The notes under the pieces: generated by a model
Database searches by the model: none
Told to the model about the DNA's origin: nothing
Seen by the model: only the letters and a program-made list of their open reading frames with translations
In this document: piece after piece, positions 50,185-64,000 of the stretch
Numbering within the stretch: position 1 is the first letter of the stretch
Layout of the letters: each line of letters opens with the position of its first letter
Origin: Antedon mediterranea
Taxonomy: Eukaryota > Animalia > Echinodermata
Length of the DNA: 64,000 nt
Direction of reading: 5' to 3'
Assembly (NCBI RefSeq): GCF_964355755.1
Contig: NC_092678.1
Location: 24,135,365 to 24,199,364, forward strand
Translations under genes and position numbers: made by a program

Positions 50185-53100
50185 ATGGCTGCTGCCGACG
50201 TAGTCAGTGCCAAGAAGCTTGTGGAGAACTTACAGACTGATCTGAGAGCTTTGTCTAATGAAGCCAAGAAGAAATATCCACCTGTTAAAGAAGTAAGGAG
50301 CATTTATTCACAGTATTCGACCAAAGTTACACTGATGGAAAGTCAAACAATATGTTTAGCAGGCCTGTTTAGTCTAACATCCAGGGTTTTTTTGTGCCAG
50401 CTTATAGTTTTACCATAGAGATTTTATAGTATTCACTATAATATCTCTATGATTTTATACCTTGGTACTTTTGTGTAAGTTTACATCCCTGGTCCTTTTG
50501 TGTAAGCTTACACCCCTGGTCCTTTTGTGCAAGTTTACACCCCTGGTCCTTTTGTGTAAGTTTACATCCCTGGTCCTTTTGTGCAAGTTTACACCCCTGG
50601 TCCTTTTGTGTAAGCTTACACCCAAGATGAGTTGGCATCGAACCATGCAAACATAATCAACATCTTGTCTATAAAGTTTTAGCATCATTAGAGATTTTAA
50701 ACATATGCAAGAAAAATACTGGTACTTTTATTGTAATGATATAGTGATGACTTCAATAGTAGTGTTTCAGATTTCTTAAATTAACTTCTCCTAGAATTAT
50801 ACTGTGTCTGGTTTTTAGAGGGTTGACTAATTTTTCATACTTTGTTTACAAAAACTTAGGCCTAGTAATTAATTAAAAAATAATGGTTTTTCAGGCTGCT
50901 GAGGCTGGGATCTTAAGGATACGAACAGTGGTAGCCAAAAACAAGGATATCATACCAGGTAATTGTGGGATGTGATACCATTAACCCAAGCTGAAACCCC
51001 CACTGGGCTTAATCTTAGATAATCCCTTGCAAGTTGAAATTCACATAACCATGGACCTAGGCTATACATTAGATTTATAGGTCCATGATATAACCAAGGA
51101 CACAGCAATACTTATTTCACAATGCATTTGATATAGCTAACTCATTACATAATACTATAGTATTTATGGTATTACAATGGTGTTTACTGGTACTGTATAT
51201 TATTTATTAAAATTAAATGTACACTGCTGTATAGTATTATATATTGTATATTTACATGATGGTGTTTATATTCTGTATTTATTGTATACTCCTGTATTAT
51301 TAGTATTTACAGTATTGTGTTATTACTATTGTATACCATATCTATATATAAATTTACGTAAGGGCAAAATTCGGTAAATTGCGCCTTACTTCTAGAATTT
51401 TTACTCGATGGTATATAAAGTTGGTTCGTACTTTCGGTACTGATTTTAACCACCTGATGTAACCCTGTTTACTAATTAAATTAAGTTAGATAATTAGTTA
51501 TTGACGATTAAAACGAATTTAGGTTCAACGATTTGCCCCAAATAGGGGTGTTTTCCGATCGTGGTATTAAATGTCTAATGGATGTCCATCTTGAAAACAT
51601 TTTCCTATCTCCTCCTACGATAATTGTTTTTAATAGCTGAAAACCGGTTGAACAGCTAGAGTACAGCATCATAATGTTGAAGACAGGCCGATTTTCTTAA
51701 AAAAATACTATTTTGATAGATTTAATATACGATTATACAAATGTATTGATTTGCGATGAATGGAACATCCCAATCTCTCAGTCTGCCAGAGTTTGGTTTA
51801 ACACAAGTCGGTAAATTTATGAGCCCTTGGTTTAACACATACGGTAGGTAAATATATGGGCCCTTTGAGAATAAACTTGAACAATACTGTAAATACCTAT
51901 TAACTATTTTTGGTCCTCATTTGAATCGAGCATTTCTTACTGTGAATGTTCGTACTGTTAGATGTAATATAAAAATATATACAAATAAACTTTATTACTG
52001 AGATTGTGGATAGGCTCTACTGTTAGATATATAAACACATTATTATATACAAATAAACTTTATACTGACACAGTTCCTTCTCAACGTTTGTATTAATTAA
52101 TAATTACCAAAAATATAAACGTCGTAGTGGTGTATCGTGACATATGTACTTTAATATTTCAATCGATTATGACAGTGACAGTTTTAACAAAGTATTACAT
52201 CGCAAATGTTTTACTGTATTTAGAGGTATATTATTTATAGGCCTATAAAACATGAAAAAAATATTTCGTTAGTGGATAAAGAATATATTTAAAAATTGTT
52301 CCTCTTTGTACCTATCCGCTTTCCCATCTCTCATCCCTAATGTTACATACAAAACACAAATTGGGTTTCTTTAAGGCCCTGTTTCTGCTGCCAATCCCAA
52401 ATATACCGTATAAATATACCGTATAAATATACCGTATATATACCGTATATGAAATTCGTGCACCGTTTCCGCTGCACATACTTCGTGGGTGGGCTGTAAA
52501 AAAAGTTGGCTTTCATATACCCAAAATGCATTTTGTGAGACGGAAGTATGGATTGACCTAGAGTCTCGTGTAGTGAGGTTACATGACAAAAAACAAAAAC
52601 AAAACAATTATGGTTTCTCAAAACCTCTTAGCATTGCGAATTTACATCGCACAAACAATCTAAAAATGTAGAATGGGCATTGACTACATTTATGCAAAGA
52701 AGACGACGGCGTTTGCCGATAACTTTGGCGTTATTAAGTCTACCACAAATTCTGCTTTTATTTTGTTTGAGATACTTTTGTAAATCTCGGTATCTCTTCT
52801 GTTGCCATGTAGTCTCCCCCCAACCTTCGCTTCTCCCCACAATTGAATTGCAAAAATAGTTATTTCTTCAGTCCACAGTGATATTTTGATCTGTTGCTTG
52901 CTTATTATACACGCGTGTGTCAATGCAGCAGAAAAACCAAACAAACGCGTCACGCTCTGTTAGTTTTTGACCTCGTGTCACGTGGGCCGGGTCACATATA
53001 CGGTATATTTTGAGTGCAGCAGAAACGGGGTACGAAATATACGGTATATTTTGGAATATACCGTATAATATCCACAAACAATGGGGATATTTATGCGGTA

Positions 53101-56100
53101 TATATACCGCATATATATACGGTATATTTTTTATGAGACCCATTTCTGCTGCCAAAAAATATACCGTATATAAAATATACCGTATATATACGGTATATTT
53201 TTGGCAGCAGAAACGGGGCCTACATGAATCCAAATCAAAAATTTGGAAGTAATTCCCAGGGTGCTAATTTTAGTAGACTACATAAATCATCGTGTCTATT
53301 TATTCGTTTCTGTAAACAACAATGTATTATAGTCCCGCGGTACGTACATCTGAAATCGCCAGTTTTGTTACGCTGAAATTACTGTGTATTTGAGAACCAT
53401 CTAGTTATTATAATTACACTATGGTGTTTGTATTTATAGCATTGATAGCATGCAGTGGTGAAATAATGCAACCCTTTCTACTTGGCTGTGATACAAAGAA
53501 TCTTAGAATCGTTCAGATCTGTCTGGCTTCAATCCAGCGACTTATTGCCAAACAGGCGTTGTCACAGGTTAGTGGATTAGTAGCCTACAGAGTGAAGGAG
53601 TTTCAAAGGGAACGGAGTTATTGGTAATTGAATAGTTACATTATAAAAACAGCATGTAAATTAAGCATAAGGCAACATGTTTGTGGAATGTGCTATACAT
53701 TATCATTAAATAAAATCAGGTCGTTTTATAACAAGACATTAAAGCATACATTACATGGCATTATAATAGTGGTGATAAGTGTAATCAAAGGTCACTAAAA
53801 GGCTCCCACTATGACAGATAGAAGATGTAAAGAGAACACCTTCAGTGGTGGAGTAACTTGCTAGCTGCTGCTATACATTGTCTCTGTTTTATCCTCTGTA
53901 CTACACAACATAATACTGTTGCTTGTTTAACCTCAAATCTACCTCCATAGCTCATTGAAATCAGTTTTATATTATGTGTGCAGTTGAATATGTCTCACTG
54001 AACATTTTATGGAACAGCTATTTTTTCCTACTATTTTTACTCATGTGGGAAATCCCCAAAATGTCCTATAACCCCCACTGTAATAAACTACCATCATAGC
54101 TTGTATCAACACACAATCAGTGTTTATATGTTGTGTGTGTTTTATCAATAACATAGTCATTGGCCACTGCATTGTTTGTCATAGTGTTATCCATATTAAA
54201 ACTCAATAGTTAATTATTGATTTTTTCCTTGTAGCAGATGTACTGGTCTGGGGTGTATTCGTTTCTGTCAATTTACTTCCATTTCCTACTAAATTATTCC
54301 TTTTCCACTGCAGGAGTAGAAGTGCAAATACCTTTGTTTACTTGTAATGCTAGTCATATTTTACTCCCATTGTCTAATGCTCTGTCTAAATTATCAAATT
54401 AGTTTGACAAAAAAGGTGTGATGTGCCAAAATATGGTAGTAATATCCCCAAATATGGGAGTGATATGACATCATCATGTCCATGTATGGGCACATCACAT
54501 TTTTGTTGTAGTGTTTGATAGTGTAGACAGAGCTTAAGTACTTTAAATGTCAAGGCTAATTGATGTACCATATTGTATTAAAAGTTCCATGACTTTACAC
54601 ATTAGGAAGCAGGGTCAAATGTTGTCAACATGTTATGGAACTTGATGGATTGTGGGATTGAAGACCTAAAGGTTTTGCAGACGACGCTGGTACTGGTGAC
54701 AACAAGTACCGTTGTACGTGGCAACGCCCTTGCTCGGGTAAGATAGATAATGTTTTTGTTCTATCCGTTGATGTGTAAATAAAAGTTTTCTTTATTTTGG
54801 ACTTCATATCCATAGAATAAAGAGTACATAATGAAAAAAATGTAACAATCCATTTTCTATTTAAGCATAGAAACTGACTTATATACTTGTTTTTGCATGA
54901 GTGTCACTTGTTTAATACACTTTCTATATCTCATTAACATTCTATATCTGATTGTCACTTGTTTGTTTCTACAGGCTATCGTTATATGTTTCCGGTTACA
55001 TTTCTCCAAGGATAACACTGTGAGTAACACAGCATCAGCTATTGTACAACAAGTTGTATGCACAGTGTTTGAGCGTGTTCTTGCTGAGGATGCTGCTAAC
55101 GCAGGTAATACAAATTATGTCATATTAATACTAAAGAATTTATTCTTTTAACATCTTGATTGTCTACAGACTTTGTGAATGATTTGGGACAGTCTCTTAA
55201 GCTCTGTCTAAACTATCATAGTTTGACAAAAAAAGTGTGATGTGCTGTGATATGGTAGTGATATTCCCAAACATAAAATTTGATAGTGTAGACAGAGCTT
55301 TATTCAGTTCTAGAATCTTAATGATGCTTGGGAGGCCTAGAATAAACAAATTTATAATTCTTTGCTGCAATGATATACAATGTATTTATGTTTTATTTTT
55401 AGCTGGAGCTGAGGACCATAGTATTCATCAGAATTCTTTGAAGACTAACAGTCGTCTACCACCAAAGTCTCTAAGACCGTGCGCTACTGATGCTTATCTT
55501 CTCTTCCAGGTAAAACACACACTTCTAGAAAGTAACAAAAAAAACTTGCTTACAGATACATACAACAGATTAGTGTTAACAAAACCAAACAATTAAAACT
55601 TCATAATTTGTGAATCAGTAAGAAAGTAAAAGTTTTCCACAGCATTGAAAATTCTGCAATCAATAATTACTACCAAATATTAATTTTTTTATTATGCCTT
55701 ATTGAATTCTTTTATTTATGTATTTCCAGGATCTATGTCAGTTAGTGAATGCCGAACACCCTACATGGCTGTTAGGCTTGACAGAGATGAGTAGAACGTT
55801 TGGCCTAGAGCTCTTAGAATCTATTCTCAACAGCTTCCCTCAGGTCTTTTTAAGAGTAAGTTTACAATTCTCAATTCATACTAATGATAATACTGTGTCT
55901 GGTATGGCTACCTTCTATTGCCATTAATACTGTGTCTGGTATGGCTACCTTCTATTGCCATTAATACTGTGTCTGGTATGACTACCTTCTATTGCCATTA
56001 ATACTGTGTCTGGTATGGCTACCTTCTATTGCCATTAATACTGTGTCTGGTATGGCTACCTTCTATTGCCATTAATACTGTGTCTGGTATGGCTACCTTC

Positions 56101-59100
56101 TATTGCCATTAATACTGTGTCTGGTATGGCTACCTTCTATTGCCATTAATACTGTGTCTGGTATGACTACCTTCTATTGCCATTAATACTGTGTCTGGTA
56201 TGGCTACCTTCTATTGCCATTAATACTGTGTCTGGTATGGCTACCTTCTATTGCCATTAATACTGTGTCTGGTATGGCTACCTTCTATTGCCATTAATAC
56301 TGTGTCTGGTATGGCTACCTTCTATTGCCATTAATACTGTGTCTGGTATGGCTACCTTCTATTGCCATTAATACTGTGTCTGGTATGACTACCTTCTATT
56401 GCCATTAATACTGTGTCTGGTATGGCTACCTTCTATTGCCATTAATACTGTGTCTGGTATGGCTACCTTCTATTGCCATTAATACTGTGTCTGGTATGGC
56501 TACCTTCTATTGCCATTAATACTGTGTCTGGTATGACTACCTTCTATTGCCATTAACACTGTGTCTGGTATGGCTACCTTCTATTGCCATTAATACTGTG
56601 TCTGGTATGGCTACCTTCTATTGCCATATTTTTGACAACTTCAGTTTATTCAACTGTTTATTACATGTCACTCTTTTATAACACTACTAGCAATTATACC
56701 CGCCCCAGGGCGGGTTTCAAAATTAGTTTAAAGCCTTCTCGACACCCGACGCCAGTATCTGTCTATACTCACCAATCTCCACCCTTCTTCAATAACACCC
56801 CATACTCTTTTTTAAAAACCAATTCTTCCCAGTGATGGACAAATTCAATTCAACGTAAGCTTCAAATTGAGAGGAGTATACATAGCTATGATGGGTCTAA
56901 TAATGGTTGAAGTACGTTGTAAATTGTGTAAATGAATAGGTGTCATATTGGCTGATAATTAAAATATCTAATTTAGATACTGCGGGCCCCCAGCCTTCTT
57001 TCTCCTCTCACCACCCCAGCCACAATCAACAAACCTTAACTCCTCCCCATGACAGTTCAAATATAGTAACTTTTCCTAGTACAATTCCAAGCATATAGGC
57101 TACTTCATTACGACAATATTTTCGCTCTTCCACCTCCCACTACAAACACACCCCAGATACACTGGGTGATTTGTTGAAGTTATGTTATTATCACTCCCAA
57201 CCCATAATCCCTCAGTGGCAGTTTTCAAATGTAGTTTAAAACAAACCAAATACAGTTTCGGTCATGGTGATAGGCCCACCCCAAACTCCCAGCCGTTTCC
57301 CAGGAATAATTAAATACTTTTTTTCCTTGGAGGCATCGTGATGTAGTTGAACACAGTAACGGTAAACAATGGAATGGATATCTGTAATGAGAAAATCCAA
57401 GATACCGATACATAGCTGGATATGGTTAAAGTACTTTGCTAAATGTGTAAATGAATAGGTGTCATATTGGTTAATGAATAAAATATGTATATCTATATAC
57501 GCCTTGCTGAGGATAATTAAAATACTGTCAAACTTTTGTAGTATAATTTTACAATTCAATAGCCTACAACCCCGAGCCCTAGCAAAAAATGACATCACAA
57601 ACCACCACACCACCCCCCGCCCCCACCCCTCTCACAAAAACCCCAGGAGTCGGGGGAATTTTTTTTAATGTAGTTTAAAACCTTCCGGGTACAATTGCCA
57701 TCATTTTGATACCCCATACGTATGGTTACGTGCAGAAACGGAAATTTGTATAACGAACAAACATCGAAAGTGGGGGTTTTGACCACATTTTGGTCCCTAA
57801 CATGGATCCTAGGTGGCGGATGATGTTGAAATATAGCTTAGAACATTCCCGGTACAATTGCGGTCATTTTGATACCCCATATGTAAGATTACGTGCAGTA
57901 ACAAAAATTTGTATAACGAACAAACAGACAAACAAACAGACAAACTCTCTCACTTATAATATAGATATCTATTATTGAAAATGTGTTTACATTTAAAATA
58001 GTTCATAAATACTTTAATATCTATTGACTGATGAGGTCGCACAGTATAAATAATAACAAACAACAACCTTTGTAACATTTTTTTGGAGAATTTTACAATA
58101 TAAAATTTTAAACTAAACTATAAAAAAACGTTTAGTTCAAACCATAGAAGAGTGAAATTAATTATTATTATTATGAATTTCACTCTTCCCTGTTACAAAC
58201 TGAAAAAACAATAATAATAATTAAAATTAAAAACTGAACAAAATTTATTCAAATTAAAATTGTGTTCTTACAGCATAAAGAGTTCAGTTTCCTGTTGAAA
58301 GAAAGAGTATGTCCACTCGTTATTAAACTGTTCTCACCAAGTTTGAAACACAAACAGAACCTGATGTCTACTGGTCCGTTAGTTGGAGATAAGCCATACT
58401 TCCCACTCAATATGAGGCTATTGAGGGTTGTCTCAGTACTTATTAATAAGTACTACTCTATACTAGTGAGTACAATTATATTTCTTATTTGTATCTAAAG
58501 CTCTGTCTACACTATCAAACTAGTTTGATAAAAAAAAAGTGTGATGTGCCCAAATATGGTAGCGATGTGCCTAAATATGGTAGTGATATGACATCATCGT
58601 GTCCATATATGGGAACATCACATTTTTTGTCACATAAAGTTTGATAGTGTAGAGTTTTACTTATTATAAGTTTTGTTGAAAAAAAAAAAAATTGAACCCT
58701 CTTTTCTAAAGACTATTTATATTTAAGTCTTATTAAAGTCCATCTATTTCAATGCATTTTGGTTTTTTACATTTAAAATGACTTAACATATTTTTATGAT
58801 AGGTTACAGAGTCGGAAATATTTCTTTCATTGCTGGTGAAGTTCTTAGAGGGCGACAAACCGATGTGGCAGAGAATTCTTGCTTTAGAAGTCCTGCATAA
58901 ATTATGTGTGCAATTAAAGTTACTACGGTAAAGTTTCATTAAAAGTACATTAAAGCAGAATTAAATACTTAATTTATATTAATGGAGTTAATTGTTAATA
59001 CATTTTGTTTGTAGGTGCTTTTGTGTTTCCTATGACATGAAGACTCACTCTACCAAAATATTTGCAAATATAGTCAATGCATTAGGCTCTTTTATCCAGT

Positions 59101-62100
59101 CACTGTTTGTTCATCCTGTTGTTGAAAGGCAGAGTGCTCTTCCGGGTAAGAATATTAAATTTTGTACATCATTGATGTTTAATAGATGTGAAATATAATA
59201 TACTTATAAAAAAAAAATATGCAAACAGTGAGGCAAGCCCTGAATCATGAGTTTCTTTTCACAGTATTACCATCAAACTTATTATTGGACCCTCTATAAT
59301 ATGATAACATATAGATACATAATTAGCATCTATTCTTTTTACTAGGTGTGAATTCTGGCAAAGATGGACTTAACTCGTCACCAGGGGTAGTAGGTGGAAT
59401 GTCTTTAGGAGGAGGTTTGACACCCCAGCCAGCATTCGCTTACAAGGGTGTGTGGATACCACTCATTAACGTGGCAGCAACTGGCTCAGCCAGACCAGTT
59501 TTGTAAGTAAATATTTGTTTCTTCATAATGTCTTCATGTTTTTCATATACATTCAAGAGCAAGTAACTTATGAACATTTGAGATGTTGGGTTGTAACTCA
59601 GGACTGTTTCCACAATCATGAGTTACAACCCTGTCACTAGTTCAAGATTGAACCTTGGCATTGGAAGGCAAAACTCAAGCTACAGCTCCTCCATAAAATT
59701 AATAAATATTATGTGAACAAACAATTTGTTTTGAGATAAAATGCAACATTATTTTAATAGGGAAAAATCATTAAAACCACTTGCAATTATTTCTATAATT
59801 CATTGTATTTTTGTTATTGTTGAATAACAGAGATTTGAGTATGTATGTATGATGAGCTTTACATTTTGTTTTCTGGCCTTTGACCTCCGTTCTATGTAGC
59901 CTGGAGAGGTTGACTGAAATGAAGATACTAGTTCAAGTGCCAGGCTTATCAGAAGCACTAACAACAATCTATGAGTCCATTAATGGGAAGTCATTCAAGG
60001 GAAACTTGTACGAGATTGCATTTTCCTTAACCCTCTCCCCCCCCCCCCCTCCTTCCTCTTTATACATTCCCTTTTTTCATTTCATTTCAACTCGTTTCCT
60101 TTTAATTTAACTCATTCACCTTTATTTCATTCTACTTTATTCCATTCCCCTTTATTCCATTCCCCTTTACCTAAATTGATTTTCTATCCTTTTAACATTC
60201 CATTTTAATTTTATCCATTTAAATTTTAAAATTTGTTATATATATTTGTTTAATATCAAGAAAACTAGATTTAAAATGTTATCTGACATTTATACATTTT
60301 TATTTCAGTATTATATTTCCTATTTCAGTCATTTTTCTTTCTTAGATTTAAACTTTGACGTAATCTTTGTTGGTTTTTACTTCAAACCAATTCTATAGTG
60401 TTTTAAATTTCAATTATTTTATATTTTTCTCAATTTATTAGTGATTACTTTTTATATTTAAATATATTAAGCCTTCAGAGTTTAAGGTTGAAGACAGATT
60501 TTTATTTACATAATGAAATAGTTTGTAATTTGAACTTAAATCATATTTACATATTTATCTGTGATTGAATATAAATGTATGAAAGCATAATCACTTTTTC
60601 AATTATGTTTTATGAAGTCTTGAGATGCTAGACAAGTTAGAAGCACCAACCGTGCCAGATGGTTACGGATTGTCTATAGCTTTTACCTGCCTACTGGACG
60701 TTGTCAGGAGTGTATCCACGATTGTTACATCAGAACTAGAAGTAGAGCAACGACGTAAAGATCAAAGTGGCAGTAAAAAAATGAATGGTGGAACCGTGTT
60801 GGACCGCAATGATGCCGTTCTTGAGGATGTTGATCCAAGTATGTCCAAATTAGATATTAATTAATTAACTGTTGTTCCTATTTAAGTTATTGGCTTTAGA
60901 CTGACATGCAATGCAAATAAGCATGATGTGTTAATATAGTTATTTAATTTTTCATCCAAGTAGATATTCTATGGGGTATGAAGGGTAATGATTTTTTTTT
61001 TACATTTAGGTCTGAAGAGTTTATGGGAAGAGCTCGTAAACGCATCTTGGTGTGGAGTTCTGGCGGCATTATCACTTCTTCTAGAAGCCTGGTAAGTTAC
61101 TATATATCTCACCAGGTTTTAGCCCTTGTTATAGTTGTTTGTCATGATAAAGAAATTCTATCACATGTCATTTTTTACCTTAATCAACAATACATACAGG
61201 ACAACAAAAGGGCTACTACAGTACCATTACCTAATCATTCTGTTTTATTTTTTGTAGCACGGACGAAACGGGTACAGAATCTATTTTAAAATCTCTGGAA
61301 GTATATGCAAGTTTGTGCGGCAAGCTCGGGATGACCGTTGCACGAGACGCATTCATAACGTGTTTATGCAAGGCCTCGCTACCACCCCACTACGCCCTCA
61401 CAGTACTCAATATTGCAACTCCACAAAATGCTAACATTTTACACAAAGGTACATATTAAATCTAATTTTACTTTGATTGACTGACTAAGATTATTTGATA
61501 TTCTTTCAAAAACAATACAATAATTTAAAATTTTAAAAGAATGTGTTATACCATTTAAGTTAGAAATTACAATTAAGCGGTCAACTTATTTCCAATGAGT
61601 CATAATTCTATTCCTATTTGTATCTCTCAGTCTTGTAAAATCTTGCTACATTATATAGTAACATTTTTTTATTTAGGTCACAAGAGAAGTATCAGTAGAG
61701 ATGGTCTGTCGAGTCAGCAAGGTCAAGGGTCAGATGGCAATGCAAATGAGCCGGGTGATGGTAGGAATCAAGTGGTGGCAGTGGGTACTGCTCTACCAAC
61801 TATACAAGGAACGCAGCAAGGACCCGTTATGGTAACTTATTCAATCCTCTATTTGTTACATTAAAATGACTTTTCTTAATTTTTTTTCTCACTTGTTAAA
61901 TGTTGTTTTTGTATTTAAAGTGTCTGTTGTATTCGAATTAATAAATGTTTTAAAAGTTTTGAAGTTTAGATGTCAATGGAGTAGTTTTCATCATTTAATC
62001 CTTTTTACAATCTTGTTTTAAGCTAACTGCCAAAAACATTCAGTGTATGAGAGCAATTCTAAGTGTAGCTCATTGTCATGGTGGAATCCTAGGCACAGCC

Positions 62101-64000
62101 TGGCATATGGTGCTAACCACACTACAACATCTAGCCTGGATCCTAGGCCTGAAGCCTAGCGCTGGGGGTAGCCTCAAGGTCAGCGGAGCGGCTGAAACAG
62201 CCAATTCTGTCATTACCACTGCAGTCATGGGAGAGCTTCCGATTTTATCAGCCATGTTGTCGCGGCTTTTTGAAAGCTCTCAATATCTGGATGAGGTAGC
62301 GCTACACCACTTGATAGACGCCCTCTGTAAACTTTCAACTGAGTCGATGGAAATTGCATATGCTAATAAGGTGAAATTATATTTTGTTTGTTTTTATGGT
62401 ATTGAATTGCTTACAAGGTTTATAAGTAATTATTTTATAATATATATATTGCATTTTGATGATTTTTGAAGAATTTTATTAAAACTTTCGACAGTTGCAT
62501 TTCTGCATCTTTTTGATGATGTCATAAACTCCAGATAATGAGATAAATAATTCTATAGATCAGAAATATAAAGATTGAAACAATGAATTTTCTCTCATTA
62601 ATTGGAGTTTAATACTTTTATTATATTTACACATAATCAGTGCAAACAATCATTTCATTGTCATGAAAATGGCTGACAAATCACGCTTTTAAAATAGAGA
62701 TAGTTTGCAACTTTTTGATCACAAACTAGAAAACGGTTGATTTCAACTATTATGCATCTTTTTTAATGCTATCAGGTTACTAGGGGCGACAAGGTACCAG
62801 CATGCATTGCAGAACATTTAACAGTAACAAAAATGAACACAACAAGAATATAAAATAGTATATTGAATTCTAAATAAATTCTAAAATGATGACTAAAATA
62901 GTTAAGTTATAAAAAGTGCTTTAATTGTCTGGCAAAAGGTCGCCCTTTGACAAAATGTTCACGGTAATTTGCTCGATATTTTCAATTTTTTATTTACAAC
63001 GTGTTCATTTTTCTGCTGTTGTAAGTTTACTGTACAAGTTGTGCTGTTGATTTTCTTACTTTTTTAAAAATTTGATATTGAAATGTACACTTACCAATAA
63101 ATGATTGTTTAATGGCTTTACTCTAATATTTTAAGCTCTGTCTACACTATCAAACTTTATGTGACAAAAAAATGTTCTGTGCCCAAATATGGATATATAT
63201 TTAGGCATATCAACACCATATTTGGGCACATCACACTTTTTTTTTTCAAACTAGTGTAGACAGAGCTTTCGAATGCATATATTTCCAAAATCTGCAGCCT
63301 ATACTAACTGCATGTACCCACCTTTTTTAGTATATATCTAATATTGTATTATTACAAACTTATTATAACCTTATAACCTTATGAATTGTTTATTAGTCAT
63401 CTCCAAATAATTTCCACTTTTAAATCTGTCGATCAAAATTGTGCATGACAAACTTTTTCATTTTATTATTTTATAAATTTCATGCAAGATATGATTTTCA
63501 CACCCATGTTCTCTCTCTCCTTCCCAAATGTTGTACACCTTCCAATTGATACTTGGAGATCGCTTTCTTTTTAAAACAAATTATACCCTTTTAAATTCAA
63601 TTTATCATAGATGTATTGAAATATAATGAAAAACTATCAAACAGATTCATTCCATATAGCATCTTATGACATCTTGTATTCAATTAGTGTAGTATAAGCT
63701 GTTAGCATGATGTATACTGACATACTCCCATTCCTATCATCATACATGCATTAAAAGAATGAATTGATTACTGCAGTAATTGCAGTAAATTAATATACTT
63801 TTCTTCAATTAAAGGAACCGTCACTGTTTGCTGTTGCAAAGCTATTAGAGACAGGTTTAGTGAATTTATCAAGAGTGGATGTTCTGTGGCGTCCAGTCAC
63901 AGCACATCTCTTAGAAGTATGCCAACATAATCACGGTAGGACCAGGGATTGGGGCGCAGAAGCAATAACCTCGCTTGTTAAGGCATCGCTGGCTTACAAG
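50185..64000 (+). CDS. MON2: Protein MON2 homolog (Golgi/endosome trafficking), 5' part; continues beyond the window
   Basis: [27 protein letters not shown]|[107 protein letters not shown] and [14 protein letters not shown], across ~17 GT-AG exons. Confidence 0.96.
50460..50624. repeat. 27-bp tandem repeat x6
   Basis: Unit ccctggtccttttgtg(t/c)aag(t/c)ttaca(t/c). Confidence 0.9.
52375..53220. mobile_element. Composite MITE (Harbinger-like) with ATATACCGTAT subterminal repeats
   Basis: TIRs GGCCCTGTTTCTGCTGCCAA / TTGGCAGCAGAAACGGGGCC, with extra internal TIR-like copies at ~53015 and ~53138. Flanks are taa/tac. Confidence 0.7.
55888..56627. repeat. 37-bp minisatellite, ~20 copies
   Basis: Unit taatactgtgtctggtatggctaccttctattgccat, with occasional tatgact variants. 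Confidence 0.96.
56687..57965 (-). mobile_element. Non-autonomous Helitron
   Basis: The minus strand starts A|TCTATATTATAAG, followed by a GTTT/GTCT microsatellite. It ends with hairpin ACCCGCC-CTGG-GGCGGGT and then CTAG|T, inserted at an AT site without TSD. Internal direct duplications are present. Confidence 0.8.
59900..60007 (+). CDS. Putative in-frame cassette exon of MON2 (108 nt)
   Basis: Branch-like ctttgac, acceptor atgtag|, open phase-2/phase-2 frame [35 protein letters not shown], donor |gtacga. Confidence 0.5.

Noticed and set aside
54811-54860. Possible fifth CATAG hairpin insert
   Set aside because: Weak pairing, no CYATG end and no flanking duplication.
55888-56627. 37-bp repeat array of CRISPR-like length
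   Set aside because: Units are head-to-tail with no unique spacers, in a eukaryotic intron, with no cas genes.

Overview
AT-rich, intron-containing animal genomic DNA; gene content and repeats suggest an invertebrate deuterostome, possibly an echinoderm (inference). Gene order: TOMM6 (+, last coding exon; missed by the ORF track), MED20 (-; missed by the ORF track), CPT2 (+), CFAP20DC/C3orf67 (-), ASZ1 (+), WNT2 (+), a tRNA-Phe(GAA) gene with a 30-nt hairpin insertion, a TMEM121/CECR6-family gene (-), MKRN2-like (+) and MON2 (+, runs off the end). There are three head-to-head gene pairs. Repeats include a near-intact L2/CR1-type LINE, SINEs, a non-autonomous Helitron, hAT-, Harbinger- and Ginger-like MITEs, and several minisatellites. 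Most notable: (1) four ~40-50 bp hairpin inserts with shared CATRG...CYATG ends, largely unrelated stems and imperfect ~7-bp flanking duplications, plus a similar insert in the tRNA T-arm; (2) tandem arrays that amplify exon ends and splice donors, about 42 copies in ASZ1; (3) a likely duplicated in-frame cassette exon in MON2; (4) two microsyntenies shared with human (TOMM6-MED20, ASZ1-WNT2); (5) TAGGCCTA/CTAG enrichment near gene 5' ends. Coordinates were read by eye and may be off by a few bases. Protein comparisons are from memory, not database searches.
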